From the NCBI GenBank assembly GCA_000146045.2, contig BK006948.2:672001-736000 (forward strand): a stretch of 64,000 nucleotides of DNA, given 5' to 3'. A program made the position numbers and the translations under genes. The stretch comes from TPA_inf: Saccharomyces (lineage: Eukaryota). Of this stretch, positions 46,653 to 61,924 are shown in pieces; position 1 is the stretch's first letter; the number at the start of each line of letters is the position of its first letter. Below the pieces are notes generated by a model that saw nothing but the letters and a program-made list of their open reading frames with translations, was not told the origin of the DNA and did not search any database.

Positions 46653-48065
46653 TTAATTTTCTTTATCTTTTTCAGACTCTTCCTGTTCTTTCAATCTTTT
46701 TTCTTCCAATTCCTTTTTTACTTGTTGCTCTTTGTTAGAGTAGTCCAAATTTAATTTCTCAATTTCCTTTTCGACAGATTCAATGTTTTGTTTTGTTTGC
46801 TCTTCTTGTTTCGACAAAAGCTCTTCATGCTTCTTCTTCAATTGCTCAACGGTGATCTTGACATCATCACTGTTGATTGGGACAGTTACGTCTAATTCGG
46901 CCAAAGTAGCAATTAGTGTTGGTTCTAAAGTAAACTTGCCATCGACTTTGTTGAAAATAGAAGCAGGTTGCTCATTTTCAGTGTTCTTCTGTTGGTTCTT
47001 CTTCTTGTATTTCTTAGATTTAGATGGAGCAACATTGACAAAATCATCCTTCTTTGGAGTGACCAAAACCAAATCATCAGCAACAACTTTTCTGGCAGGC
47101 TTGGTCTCCAAAGCATTGCTACTCAAGTCAGGCAGGATGTTTTTCTTTGGTTTCACATAAGTTGGGTCCAGGACAAGCAAAGAATTCTCAATGGCACCGA
47201 TTTCATAAGTGAAGGCTGGAATCTTGGCATGAGTCAACTTTTCTTGCAATTTACCCATATCAACATCTTTCTGTTCCAAAAGTTTGGATAATCTTTGTTC
47301 TTCTTCACGTTTCAAACGTTCTTTGTCCAATTTGGCTCTGAATGATTTGAATTCGTTGTCAAAGTCAGCTCTGATCTGTCTGATTTGACTGTATAATTCG
47401 TCACGCTTCTTGTACAAGGCAGCACGTTTGTTGAATAAAGTTTGTCTTTTGTCGTAAACACCTTGAGTTTTTGAATGGATATCGTTCAATTTTTGCTGGT
47501 TCTCTTCGAATTGGTTGGAGACATCCTTTGGATTCAATCCGTTCAATTCTTCCTTCAATTGATTGATTTTAGCCTTGTCAGCATCAACAGACTTTCTGAT
47601 TGGCTCGATGTTAACTAAGTCCTTAATCAATTTGTTCAAAGATTGCATTTCTTTGACTAGTAGTTTTTCTTGAACCAAAGAAAGGTCACCAGAGGCAATA
47701 GACTCTTCAATCTCATTGATTCTTTGCTTGGCTTCTGCAGTGGACGAGAACTTGGCCTTTTTGCCTAACTTCTCCTCAATTTGGTTGTTTTTTCTCTTGA
47801 TTTGAGCATCCAATTGCTTAATAGAGTCGTGAATGTTGCTTCTACGGGTTTTCAAGTCAGCTTGGATCTTGATGATCTCCTTGTTCTTATCCTGTAACTT
47901 CTTACGTTCTTGTTGGGTGGTATCGTTGACCTGGTGTTGATCGATTTGCTTTCTAATTAAACCGATTTCAGTGTCGATTTTTTTCAATTGAACGTTAAGA
48001 GTGTCCAATTTCTTGTCTCTAACGGAGACATCTGGGCGCTTGAACTTGTGTTGTTGGGAGGACAT
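46653..48065 (-). CDS. BFR1: BFR1, mRNP/polysome-associated coiled-coil protein, 470 aa
   Basis: ATG at 48065. A K/E/Q-rich coiled-coil protein starting MSSQQHKFKRPDVSVRDKKLDTLNVQLKKIDTEIGLIRKQ... Confidence 0.9.
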   Translation of the reverse strand: MSSQQHKFKRPDVSVRDKKLDTLNVQLKKIDTEIGLIRKQIDQHQVNDTTQQERKKLQDKNKEIIKIQADLKTRRSNIHDSIKQLDAQIKRKNNQIEEKLGKKAKFSSTAEAKQRINEIEESIASGDLSLVQEKLLVKEMQSLNKLIKDLVNIEPIRKSVDADKAKINQLKEELNGLNPKDVSNQFEENQQKLNDIHSKTQGVYDKRQTLFNKRAALYKKRDELYSQIRQIRADFDNEFKSFRAKLDKERLKREEEQRLSKLLEQKDVDMGKLQEKLTHAKIPAFTYEIGAIENSLLVLDPTYVKPKKNILPDLSSNALETKPARKVVADDLVLVTPKKDDFVNVAPSKSKKYKKKNQQKNTENEQPASIFNKVDGKFTLEPTLIATLAELDVTVPINSDDVKITVEQLKKKHEELLSKQEEQTKQNIESVEKEIEKLNLDYSNKEQQVKKELEEKRLKEQEESEKDKEN

Positions 48066-48469
48066 GGCAATGGCTGTGTTGTTAGAAAATATGCTATTAC
48101 GTTGATAAAAGGAGGAAAGGTGAAATCAGTTCAAAAATGTGAATGAAACTGAACGAAGAAATGACCAGAATGAGTGAAAAATGGAGATGGAGGGGCAAAA
48201 TGAAAAAAAAAAAAAGGATGAACCTAAAATAGAAAATAGACTCCGTCGTACTTTAATGCTATGTATAACGCAACCAAGCAATTTTCGAAACTCAATTTGG
48301 CTTATAAATGTTCGAGATAAAATGCGAATTACGTGTTCAACGTCGTCGAGATCAGTTATTTTTTTTCACCGCCACAGTGCGGGTAAGCAATTTTTCGCGT
48401 ACCACCACCATTACACATGTATAATGTATATAGGCTTATTATGTATGTTTGTGCTACTTTATATGACGG

Positions 48470-49708
48470 TTATTTACAAGTTAGAATATTATCTATTAAC
48501 AATGCAGTAGCCACGCTTACGTTTAGTGAGTCAACAATGGGTTCTGGGGCCCGATTGCCTTTCTCAATGCCACCAAAGGGAATTTCGACGAAGAAGTCAC
48601 TCCTCATCTTCAAATTCGTTCTTACGCCCTGGCTTTCGTTCCCCACCACTAGAACAACAGGCAGCTCGTTACATAATCCGTTCAAATCGTGCATGCTAAT
48701 AGTTTTTCCAACAGTGTATTTTTCTGACGTGGCATTAGCTAAGTGGCTTGTAATAAACGTCCAGCCACCCATTTCTTGTGATTTAGTAAAAAACTCTAAC
48801 GGTTTATCAACGTAAAATATGGGCAGAAGTTCGAGGGCCCCACTGCTTGTCTTGGACACCACAGGCGTCAAAGGAGAGCAGTTTCTTCTCGACATCACAA
48901 TGAAGTCAACCCCCAGGAAGTAAGCGCTTCTAATAATGGCACCGATATTGTGAGGGTCAGTTATTTCATCCAGATATAACCCGAGAGGAAACTTCTTAGC
49001 GTCTGTTTTCGTACCATAAGGCAGTTCATGAGGTATATTTTCGTTATTGAAGCCCAGCTCGTGAATGCTTAATGCTGCTGAACTGGTGTCCATGTCGCCT
49101 AGGTACGCAATCTCCACAGGCTGCAAAGGTTTTGTCTCAAGAGCAATGTTATTGTGCACCCCGTAATTGGTCAACAAGTTTAATCTGTGCTTGTCCACCA
49201 GCTCTGTCGTAACCTTCAGTTCATCGACTATCTGAAGAAATTTACTAGGAATAGTGCCATGGTACAGCAACCGAGAATGGCAATTTCTACTCGGGTTCAG
49301 CAACGCTGCATAAACGCTGTTGGTGCCGTAGACATATTCGAAGATAGGATTATCATTCATAAGTTTCAGAGCAATGTCCTTATTCTGGAACTTGGATTTA
49401 TGGCTCTTTTGGTTTAATTTCGCCTGATTCTTGATCTCCTTTAGCTTCTCGACGTGGGCCTTTTTCTTGCCATATGGATCCGCTGCACGGTCCTGTTCCC
49501 TAGCATGTACGTGAGCGTATTTCCTTTTAAACCACGACGCTTTGTCTTCATTCAACGTTTCCCATTGTTTTTTTCTACTATTGCTTTGCTGTGGGAAAAA
49601 CTTATCGAAAGATGACGACTTTTTCTTAATTCTCGTTTTAAGAGCTTGGTGAGCGCTAGGAGTCACTGCCAGGTATCGTTTGAACACGGCATTAGTCAGG
49701 GAAGTCAT
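48470..49708 (-). CDS. MRM1: MRM1/PET56, mitochondrial 21S rRNA 2'-O-ribose (Gm) methyltransferase of the SpoU/TrmH family, 412 aa
   Basis: ATG at 49708. It carries a SpoU-type C-terminal domain (GNESQGV...IPFGG...SLNVSVATALL) and is divergent to HIS3, as in the classical PET56-HIS3-DED1 locus. Confidence 0.9.
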   Translation of the reverse strand: MTSLTNAVFKRYLAVTPSAHQALKTRIKKKSSSFDKFFPQQSNSRKKQWETLNEDKASWFKRKYAHVHAREQDRAADPYGKKKAHVEKLKEIKNQAKLNQKSHKSKFQNKDIALKLMNDNPIFEYVYGTNSVYAALLNPSRNCHSRLLYHGTIPSKFLQIVDELKVTTELVDKHRLNLLTNYGVHNNIALETKPLQPVEIAYLGDMDTSSAALSIHELGFNNENIPHELPYGTKTDAKKFPLGLYLDEITDPHNIGAIIRSAYFLGVDFIVMSRRNCSPLTPVVSKTSSGALELLPIFYVDKPLEFFTKSQEMGGWTFITSHLANATSEKYTVGKTISMHDLNGLCNELPVVLVVGNESQGVRTNLKMRSDFFVEIPFGGIEKGNRAPEPIVDSLNVSVATALLIDNILTCK

Positions 49709-49822
49709 AACACAGTCCTTTCCCGCAATTTTCTTTTTCTATTACTCTTGGCCTCCTCTAGTACACTCTATATTTTTTTATGCCTCGGTAATGATTTTCA
49801 TTTTTTTTTTTCCACCTAGCGG

Positions 49823-49829
49823 ATGACTC
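49823..49829. promoter_or_regulatory. HIS3 Gcn4-responsive element (ATGACTC), flanked by poly(dA:dT) tracts
   Basis: TGACTC lies at 49824..49829 between T runs at 49801..49811 and 49831..49838, as in the classical HIS3 promoter architecture. Confidence 0.8.
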
Positions 49830-49877
49830 TTTTTTTTTCTTAGCGATTGGCATTATCACATAATGAATTATACATTA

Positions 49878-49883
49878 TATAAA
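49878..49883 (+). promoter_or_regulatory. HIS3 regulated TATA element (TR), TATAAA
   Basis: TATATAAAG lies about 65 bp upstream of the HIS3 ATG. Confidence 0.7.
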
Positions 49884-49933
49884 GTAATGTGATTTCTTCG
49901 AAGAATATACTAAAAAATGAGCAGGCAAGATAA

Positions 49934-50608
<675 letters not shown>

Positions 50609-50818
50609 TGACACCGATTATTTAAAGCTGCAGCATACGATATATATACATGTGTATATATGTATACCTATGAATGTCAGTAAGTATGTATACGAACAGT
50701 ATGATACTGAAGATGACAAGGTAATGCATCATTCTATACGTGTCATTCTGAACGAGGCGCGCTTTCCTTTTTTCTTTTTGCTTTTTCTTTTTTTTTCTCT
50801 TGAACTCGAGAAAAAAAA

Positions 50819-52725
<1,907 letters not shown>

Positions 52726-53563
52726 TTTCAGACAAACTAGGGTGAGGATTCTTCGTTTTCTGCTCTAGCATGTCTTATATTTTCTTTCTCCAATCACTTT
52801 TTTTATCCAAGTCCTGAAAATACTGTGTTGTTTGTTTCTCTCTAGCCGTTGATTGGCCCCATATTTTTTTTATTTTCTCACTGGGAGCCACTAATCTGTT
52901 ACTTTTTTTCCACTCTTATTTTTTATCCATCGTTTTTTTGTTTTTTTTTTCTTTCATGGTTCTAATATTATTTTACAATTGTACTATAAAATGCCTTTGC
53001 TAATATTAACTAAAAAACTAAAGATTTCACTATGATTATAAGCAATTAAGATTTTCATCTTTTAGTGAAAAGATGAAGGAATTATTATCTACTTTTACTA
53101 TATTTTCCACTATTTTTGCTTAATTGCTTTAACCGATCTATTCATTGGACTGATTATTTACATTATCTTTTATTTCCACTTCCACTTTTTCAGTTTTCTT
53201 CGAATAGAGACTTTATTTTGAACAGTTTTTTCGACCTTTTTTGTTTGTTATTGTTTCTTTTTACCTTACGAAAATATTCTTACTGTTCACAGTACCATTG
53301 TATAATAGTATTCATTTCCTTCCTACATTTTCTCTCCCTTTTTTGAGTTGAGGCCTTTTTATTGACTCGCCTTATACTCTACTTTATTTGTGTTTTGTAG
53401 ATAGAATAAACATCAACAGTATAATTCATAATACTTTCTATTGCTTATTTCCTGTATATTCGTTTTTGAATATACTTTGTTCCCAACTTTCTTTTTAGTT
53501 TACTTACATTCATATTTACATGTGCGTTACTACTTATTGGTGCAACCAAGTGAACAGCGAGTC

Positions 53564-55234
53564 TTACCATTGGTAGTACCAATAGGGATTCTTTTTTTTT
53601 TCTAGGTGTTGAACCAAATCATAAGGATCATCGTCGACAAATCTTCTAGCAGATAAATCTTTCTCGGTTTTTTCTAAATACGACTTCTTCACTGCGTTCA
53701 AAGTATCAGCTTCATCCGGGGCCATCTCATACAGGGAACTGATGATCGGTCTATCTCTGGGACAGCTTGACTCTTTACCATTTGTTTCAATGTAACGCTG
53801 GTAGCCAGACTCAATCAAGTTTTCTAGCGGTTCCCTTATACCTACTTGGATACCCCTAGGTATCCATATCTCATGTAGTCCTTTGAACTCATACCTCCCA
53901 GTTGTCCTTAATAAAATATATCCTATATCTTTCAGAACGATCTCTATACTTCCAATAAATGGAGGTATTGCGTACCTTTTGTACTGGCTTTTTTCGCATA
54001 TAACGCTTTTAATTCCACAATACCGTGATAACGGATGTGTGCCAGATGATGAATTGCACGAGTTGAATACATCAATACCTTTTTCAATGTTCTTGAATGT
54101 TTTTGATGGTCCTGGTATGTATTTCACAATCTGATTTATGGATCCTTTCGGAGGTACCAGGTAGAAAATCCCTCCCACGGTATAACAGCCTCCCTGTGAT
54201 GTGCCCTTCATAGACTCATAAGTCTTCTGTTTTATATGCTTCCGATTGAATAAATCGGTTTTTCGCAGCCTTTGAAGCCAACGCTCGTCGATTAGTTCTT
54301 CTAGGCGTAATCTGGAGGTGGAAGTTGAATAGCCTGGAAGATCAAAAAGTATTTTACCTCCAACTTGGTAGGCTTGTACGGATCTAGTTAAATTGGGAAT
54401 ATGTGATACACCAGCAGCTTGAATCTTGAAAAAATTCTTCGGGTTCGTAAAAGCTTCTTGCATCACTTCTTCAGAGGGGGAGTTAATTTTCCCAGTAGAA
54501 TCAATTTTAACCTTATATCCAAGATATTTCTGTAGTAGAGTATTGATCAAAGTTGATTTACCAACATTAGGGTTGCCTAGCAAATATGTGTAGTTTTTAA
54601 AGTAGTTGTAAAACATGGATATGTTCCAGTTTTTCAGCGCAGATATGGCGAATGTTTTATTTGAGTCAATTCTTAAAGTGTTCTTTAAAAATTGCTTCAT
54701 GAATATAGGAACCTTTTTGCTGACAGCATTTTTATCTTTAAAAACTTGATCGCTTTTCGTTAACACTAATGTAGTATCTAAATCATTTCGTTTCAAAACA
54801 TTGGGGTCTAAATGTAAGGGAAATTCTACAAAGGGGACAATATGCATAACATTTGAGCCTCTGGGGACGTAGTTCAGAATATCATTTAATGTGCTTTCGG
54901 GAAACTCTTCCGGGTTATAATTGTTATGATGAAGGGCATTACTGCACCTTTTGCAAATCACTCTCAATAGTAAATCTCTTTTGGTTTTGAGGTCAGGATC
55001 ATTTTGAGTTGCCTGTTTCGAGAGCTGTATGTCTTGACTGAATAGCAAATACTTCAGATCTTGGAGGTCAGGATTTAGTTTTGAGTCGGGTAGACTTTTT
55101 GGCTTCGTATAATATCCTGGTTTACTAGGATCCTGATCCTGTAGTTTTATGGAACATGACGCACATTTCACTTTCACAATCACAGAACAGGAAAACTGAC
55201 GTACGCCTCGAAGAGCATGACACAGATTCAACAT
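53564..55234 (-). CDS. GEP3: GEP3/AIM40, mitochondrial YqeH-like GTPase, 556 aa
   Basis: ATG at 55234..55232. The G motifs are circularly permuted ([12 protein letters not shown] downstream of NKxD-like elements). Confidence 0.8.
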   Translation of the reverse strand: MLNLCHALRGVRQFSCSVIVKVKCASCSIKLQDQDPSKPGYYTKPKSLPDSKLNPDLQDLKYLLFSQDIQLSKQATQNDPDLKTKRDLLLRVICKRCSNALHHNNYNPEEFPESTLNDILNYVPRGSNVMHIVPFVEFPLHLDPNVLKRNDLDTTLVLTKSDQVFKDKNAVSKKVPIFMKQFLKNTLRIDSNKTFAISALKNWNISMFYNYFKNYTYLLGNPNVGKSTLINTLLQKYLGYKVKIDSTGKINSPSEEVMQEAFTNPKNFFKIQAAGVSHIPNLTRSVQAYQVGGKILFDLPGYSTSTSRLRLEELIDERWLQRLRKTDLFNRKHIKQKTYESMKGTSQGGCYTVGGIFYLVPPKGSINQIVKYIPGPSKTFKNIEKGIDVFNSCNSSSGTHPLSRYCGIKSVICEKSQYKRYAIPPFIGSIEIVLKDIGYILLRTTGRYEFKGLHEIWIPRGIQVGIREPLENLIESGYQRYIETNGKESSCPRDRPIISSLYEMAPDEADTLNAVKKSYLEKTEKDLSARRFVDDDPYDLVQHLEKKKNPYWYYQW

Positions 55235-55505
55235 TCCCGCATATTGAATTGTTCAAAGTAATTAGACGTGTTACTAGGAAGGTCCTTCGTTAATATTGCT
55301 CTGTTAAATGTATCTTGACCCATAACATCAAATAGTAGTTATCATCTTCGACGAGTTTTGAAAAATTTTCTGAATTTTTTCTTCCGATGAGATGAGCATG
55401 ATATTTACAGAGAAAATAGAGAAACAGAATACTTGTACATGGGTAAATTCATTTATACTAATTTTTGAATTGTAAGAGAGATAGAGAAGGTCAACAATAG
55501 AATAA

Positions 55506-57644
<2,139 letters not shown>

Positions 57645-57741
57645 CAACTCAGCAAGATTTGATTTTTTGTCTTGAATTCAATAGTTAAGTCTATAAATGT
57701 GTAAAATAAAGAAAAGTCTTTTTTAAAGCGTATATATCATT

Positions 57742-57769
57742 GTGCTCACATGTGCTAACATGTGAGCAC
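57742..57769. repeat. Perfect 11-bp inverted repeat with a 6-nt spacer (GTGCTCACATG-TGCTAA-CATGTGAGCAC) in the NOC2/RET1 convergent 3' region
   Basis: Directly read. The arms are exact reverse complements. Confidence 0.8.
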
Positions 57770-58007
57770 TCCAAGCTTTCTCTTGTCAGCTGGATATTTT
57801 TATATTTTGGCCGGTTTATGGATAGAAAACACGTCAAACGTTCGATGGATCTTATAAAAAGTAATGATGTAAAGCAAGGTACAAAAATGAAAGAAGTACG
57901 GTTTACTGTTATATAATTTTCGAAATCGTTCAACTCTCTTAAAGTTCCTCACGAAATAGATATGATTGCTAACATAACGCAAAATTTAGTACAAGATATA
58001 TGATTTC

Positions 58008-61000
58008 TTACTGCTGGAAGATATCTTCCAATCTTAATCTTGGGGCTATGTTCATGGATAATAATTCCTGGAATAACAGTTTTGCTGCATATGGAATAGT
58101 CATCTTAATAATATTCTCAGCACTTTTGCAGGTAGTACACCAACCACTATAGCCCATTAATCCACATTTATCGCAGACATCAACTTCAAAAGCATCTGAA
58201 CTAATCATCAACCTTTCTAACAGCAATTGTGAAGCACCATACGCGATTACACAATCCCTCTCCATCTCACCCAACCTCAGACCACCATCTCTAGATCTAC
58301 CCTCAGTTGGTTGACGTGTCAAAACAGCCCTTGGACCACGAGCTCTTGCATGCATCTTATCTAAGACCATATGCTTTAACTTTTGATAGTAAATGGGGCC
58401 AAAAAAGATGTAAGCCTGTAAACACTCACCTGTTATACCTGAATATAACATATCCTTACCGGAATAGTTGAAACCTTGGTCTACCAAAATCTTAGACATA
58501 TCTTCAAGTTTAGAACCACCAAAACAAGTACCATATTCCAATGTACCATTCAATACACCAGCTTTACCCGATATCAGTTCGATCATTTTACCCACAGTCA
58601 TACGAGATGGAAAACCGTGAGGGTTCATGATAATGTCTGGAACTATACCTTGATCGTTGAAGGGCATGTCTTCTTGCTTTACAATAATACCACAAACACC
58701 TTTTTGACCATGTCTAGAAGAAAATTTGTCACCTAATTCTGGCCTTCTGTTTTGTCTTAGCAAAACTTTGATTAAAGCTTGATCGTTATCCGAAACAGAC
58801 ATCATAACTTGGTCAATGTGAGAAGGTTCTGGACCTCTATATATTACCGGAGCTTCCCTATATTGAGTTTGGACGTTTACGTTGTTTGGGTTTGGGGCGT
58901 CTGCTGAGTTAGTTGGAACTGACTTATTTATATAAATTTGTCCACTTTGGACCTTCATACCCACCTCACCTAGACCATCAGGACCAAGAGATTGATGTTG
59001 CCAGATAGGATCTCCATTTTCATCAACTCTCATACCACCGATGATATCTTGGGTATGGTTCGCATATCTTTTCAAAACAGTGGTTGTCTTTCTACGTGTT
59101 TCGCAACGGCCGAAACCTCTATCGATGGATGACTTATTCAAAACCAAAGCATCTTCAATATCATAACCAGAATAGGACATGACAGCAACCGTAGCATTTT
59201 GACCAGCAGGTAATTTATCATAATCGATCAATTCAATTGTTTTGGTTTTCACCATTGGCTGTTGTGGATAAGTCATCAAGTATAATAATGTATCTATTCT
59301 CTTGAATTGATTGTAGGCGATTGCACCAATCGCTTGCTTACCCATCGCACATTGATATGTGTTACGAGGGGATTGGTTATGATGTGGATATGGAATTAAA
59401 CCAGCAACAGCACCTAAAATTGTGAATGGCTCGATTTCTAAATGTGTCATCGAGGGAACTATATCTTTTTCATACAATGCAATGTAAGAATCGTTTTCTT
59501 CATTGACATCTAAATATTCCACCAATCCGAGTTTCAAAAAATCATCGAAATCTAACTCACCATCTAATAATTTGCGTAAATGAATATCTTTCACGCGAGA
59601 TTGACCATCAGAAACAATGATTAATGGCCTACAAATTCTACCACCATCTGTTGCAATATGAACTGCCATTTGGTGAGAATTTGAATAAATTGAGATAAAC
59701 TCCGACACTTTACCTGTTCTTCTCAGATGTCTGAACTGAGTAACGAATTTTGTTGGGAATCTGATTGAACCAATTAAAGTACCATTCAAATAAACACCAT
59801 AGTTTAAATGCAAGGATGCACTGTCAATCAATGTTATGTCTTCTACACCAAGAACATAACATAATTTCTTTATAGGTTCCTCTTCGTCATCTGTAGTAAT
59901 ATGAGTCATTAATGCTAAATTTTTCACTAGACCACACGCCTCACCTTCTGGAGTATCTGCAGTACAAAGCATACCAAATTGAGAAGGTTGTAATGCTCTT
60001 GGACCGGAAACTTTTCTTGATTTTTCAAACTGAGAAGAAATTCTTGTCATCATACCCAATGCGGAAATATAAGATAGTCTGGAAAGAACATGTGTAACAC
60101 CCGCTCTTTCCATCTTAAATCTTTTAAGAGACCAATTACCGGTTGAGATAGCTCTGTTCAGTCCGCTGGTGATGTTATTTGAATGGACGTTAATTGACAA
60201 TAATGCATCGTATTCCATAGCCCTATTTGGTTTTTTCAAGACCTTATCAATGCTTAGTTTAAAATCATTATTAAACTTTTTGAACAAATCTTCGAACAAT
60301 AAAGAAATCAATTGGCCTGCTAATTCAAGACGTTTATTACCAACATAATCTCTATCATCAATCATCTTAGGGTTATACATTGCCATCACCACCCTGCGCG
60401 TCATCATGGCAATATATAAAGCCTTTTCTCTAAAGTCAAGGGCTTCCACAGTCAAATGTGCAATAACCGTGGTAGCAATGGCCTCTATACCCTCTTGCAG
60501 GATAGTCAGTTTTTGCCTTCTCATTGTCTTTACTTTTGCACCAATATACTCTAAAGCTTGCTGTTGTGTGTAAATATCTAATTTCGAAGATTCTTCCAAA
60601 TTGACTGCAAAAATATCTTGGTAGCTACTATCATTACCGCAAACCAATTGCATAATTTCTAAATCTGATAAAATACCACAGGCTTTGAGAACAATAGCAA
60701 TAGGAATTTCTTCAGCGATGGAATTGTGCTTCAAATAGATCTTGCCATTTTTGGTAATGACATAAGTCTTAGATTTTCTTTCATGGGTAGATGAAGTAAC
60801 GGAGGCCTGAACAATGCCTTTCTTCTCATCTGCCTCCACAATAATACGATTCTTGGATAATTGTTCTTGAACAAGAATTACTTTTTCGGTACCGTTAACA
60901 ATAAAGTAACCACCAGGATCCAACGGACACTCGTTTAATTTAGCCATTTTCGATTCATCAGCATCATATAGGATACATTTATTAGATCTCAGCATGATCG

Positions 61001-61457
61001 GCATCCTACCAATTTCCACGTCTTTATGCATAATAATGTTTCTACCTCTAGTGTATTCTATATCCACGTAGATTGGTGCAGAGTATGTCATATCTCTAAG
61101 CCTACACTCATGAGGCGGAGTCAAATAATCTTTTGTCGAAGAAGAGGACTTCTTACCCACTCTAATATCGACGTACTTCAGGTAGAATTCTGGATCAACA
61201 TCACTCAAAATTAATTGATTTGCCTTTATAATTTTTTTTAAATCTGTATCAACGAAGTAGTTAAATGAGTCAAGATGTTGCTTCACCAAACCTTTAACCT
61301 TCAAGAATGCTGGTAAAAGGTGCCACTTATCCTGAGCAGTATTGATTTCATCAGTTAGTTTCTTACCTTTATATACTGGTTTCAATAAATCATCAAAAGC
61401 CTCGTCTTTCACATGCTTATGTATATGAGTTTTCCGTCTTTTTGTCGCAGCAACCAT
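58008..61457 (-). CDS. RET1: RET1, RNA polymerase III second-largest subunit (C128), 1149 aa
   Basis: ATG at 61457..61455. Rpb2-family conserved blocks ([22 protein letters not shown]) and a C-terminal zinc ribbon [16 protein letters not shown]. Confidence 0.95.
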   Translation of the reverse strand: MVAATKRRKTHIHKHVKDEAFDDLLKPVYKGKKLTDEINTAQDKWHLLPAFLKVKGLVKQHLDSFNYFVDTDLKKIIKANQLILSDVDPEFYLKYVDIRVGKKSSSSTKDYLTPPHECRLRDMTYSAPIYVDIEYTRGRNIIMHKDVEIGRMPIMLRSNKCILYDADESKMAKLNECPLDPGGYFIVNGTEKVILVQEQLSKNRIIVEADEKKGIVQASVTSSTHERKSKTYVITKNGKIYLKHNSIAEEIPIAIVLKACGILSDLEIMQLVCGNDSSYQDIFAVNLEESSKLDIYTQQQALEYIGAKVKTMRRQKLTILQEGIEAIATTVIAHLTVEALDFREKALYIAMMTRRVVMAMYNPKMIDDRDYVGNKRLELAGQLISLLFEDLFKKFNNDFKLSIDKVLKKPNRAMEYDALLSINVHSNNITSGLNRAISTGNWSLKRFKMERAGVTHVLSRLSYISALGMMTRISSQFEKSRKVSGPRALQPSQFGMLCTADTPEGEACGLVKNLALMTHITTDDEEEPIKKLCYVLGVEDITLIDSASLHLNYGVYLNGTLIGSIRFPTKFVTQFRHLRRTGKVSEFISIYSNSHQMAVHIATDGGRICRPLIIVSDGQSRVKDIHLRKLLDGELDFDDFLKLGLVEYLDVNEENDSYIALYEKDIVPSMTHLEIEPFTILGAVAGLIPYPHHNQSPRNTYQCAMGKQAIGAIAYNQFKRIDTLLYLMTYPQQPMVKTKTIELIDYDKLPAGQNATVAVMSYSGYDIEDALVLNKSSIDRGFGRCETRRKTTTVLKRYANHTQDIIGGMRVDENGDPIWQHQSLGPDGLGEVGMKVQSGQIYINKSVPTNSADAPNPNNVNVQTQYREAPVIYRGPEPSHIDQVMMSVSDNDQALIKVLLRQNRRPELGDKFSSRHGQKGVCGIIVKQEDMPFNDQGIVPDIIMNPHGFPSRMTVGKMIELISGKAGVLNGTLEYGTCFGGSKLEDMSKILVDQGFNYSGKDMLYSGITGECLQAYIFFGPIYYQKLKHMVLDKMHARARGPRAVLTRQPTEGRSRDGGLRLGEMERDCVIAYGASQLLLERLMISSDAFEVDVCDKCGLMGYSGWCTTCKSAENIIKMTIPYAAKLLFQELLSMNIAPRLRLEDIFQQ

Positions 61458-61924
61458 TTTTCAACAAGCACTAAGTCCCTAGCGATTAAAACGCTCAATT
61501 ATCAACACTTTAAACTCCCTTTAATTCTTTCCTAACTTGTCCATATATCATCACTTAAGCATAGATCGAAAAATTTTCAGCTCATCTCACAATTACAATT
61601 TCGTCCGACGTGATCTGGAAAATACGCGCCTGCTTTATGGAACTATTTATATCTTTATGTGTAGTACACCTAACAATAAGGAATATATAAAAATAATGCA
61701 CCTATTAAAACCTTTGGGAAGTGCCAACTTTGAATCATCATCTTTCTTTGAACACCGCGCTGCGACCTTTGACAAGAAAGACGAGATCACTCAACCTGAC
61801 AGACCCGATTCCCCTGGTTCCCCTCTTCCGCTTTGCACAGCCCTTTTCGCTTAGTTTGGAAGCCTAGGTCCGATCCCCAGTGCTATTAATAGTTTACAAT
61901 AAAATAGGATCGACGTTGCTATTG

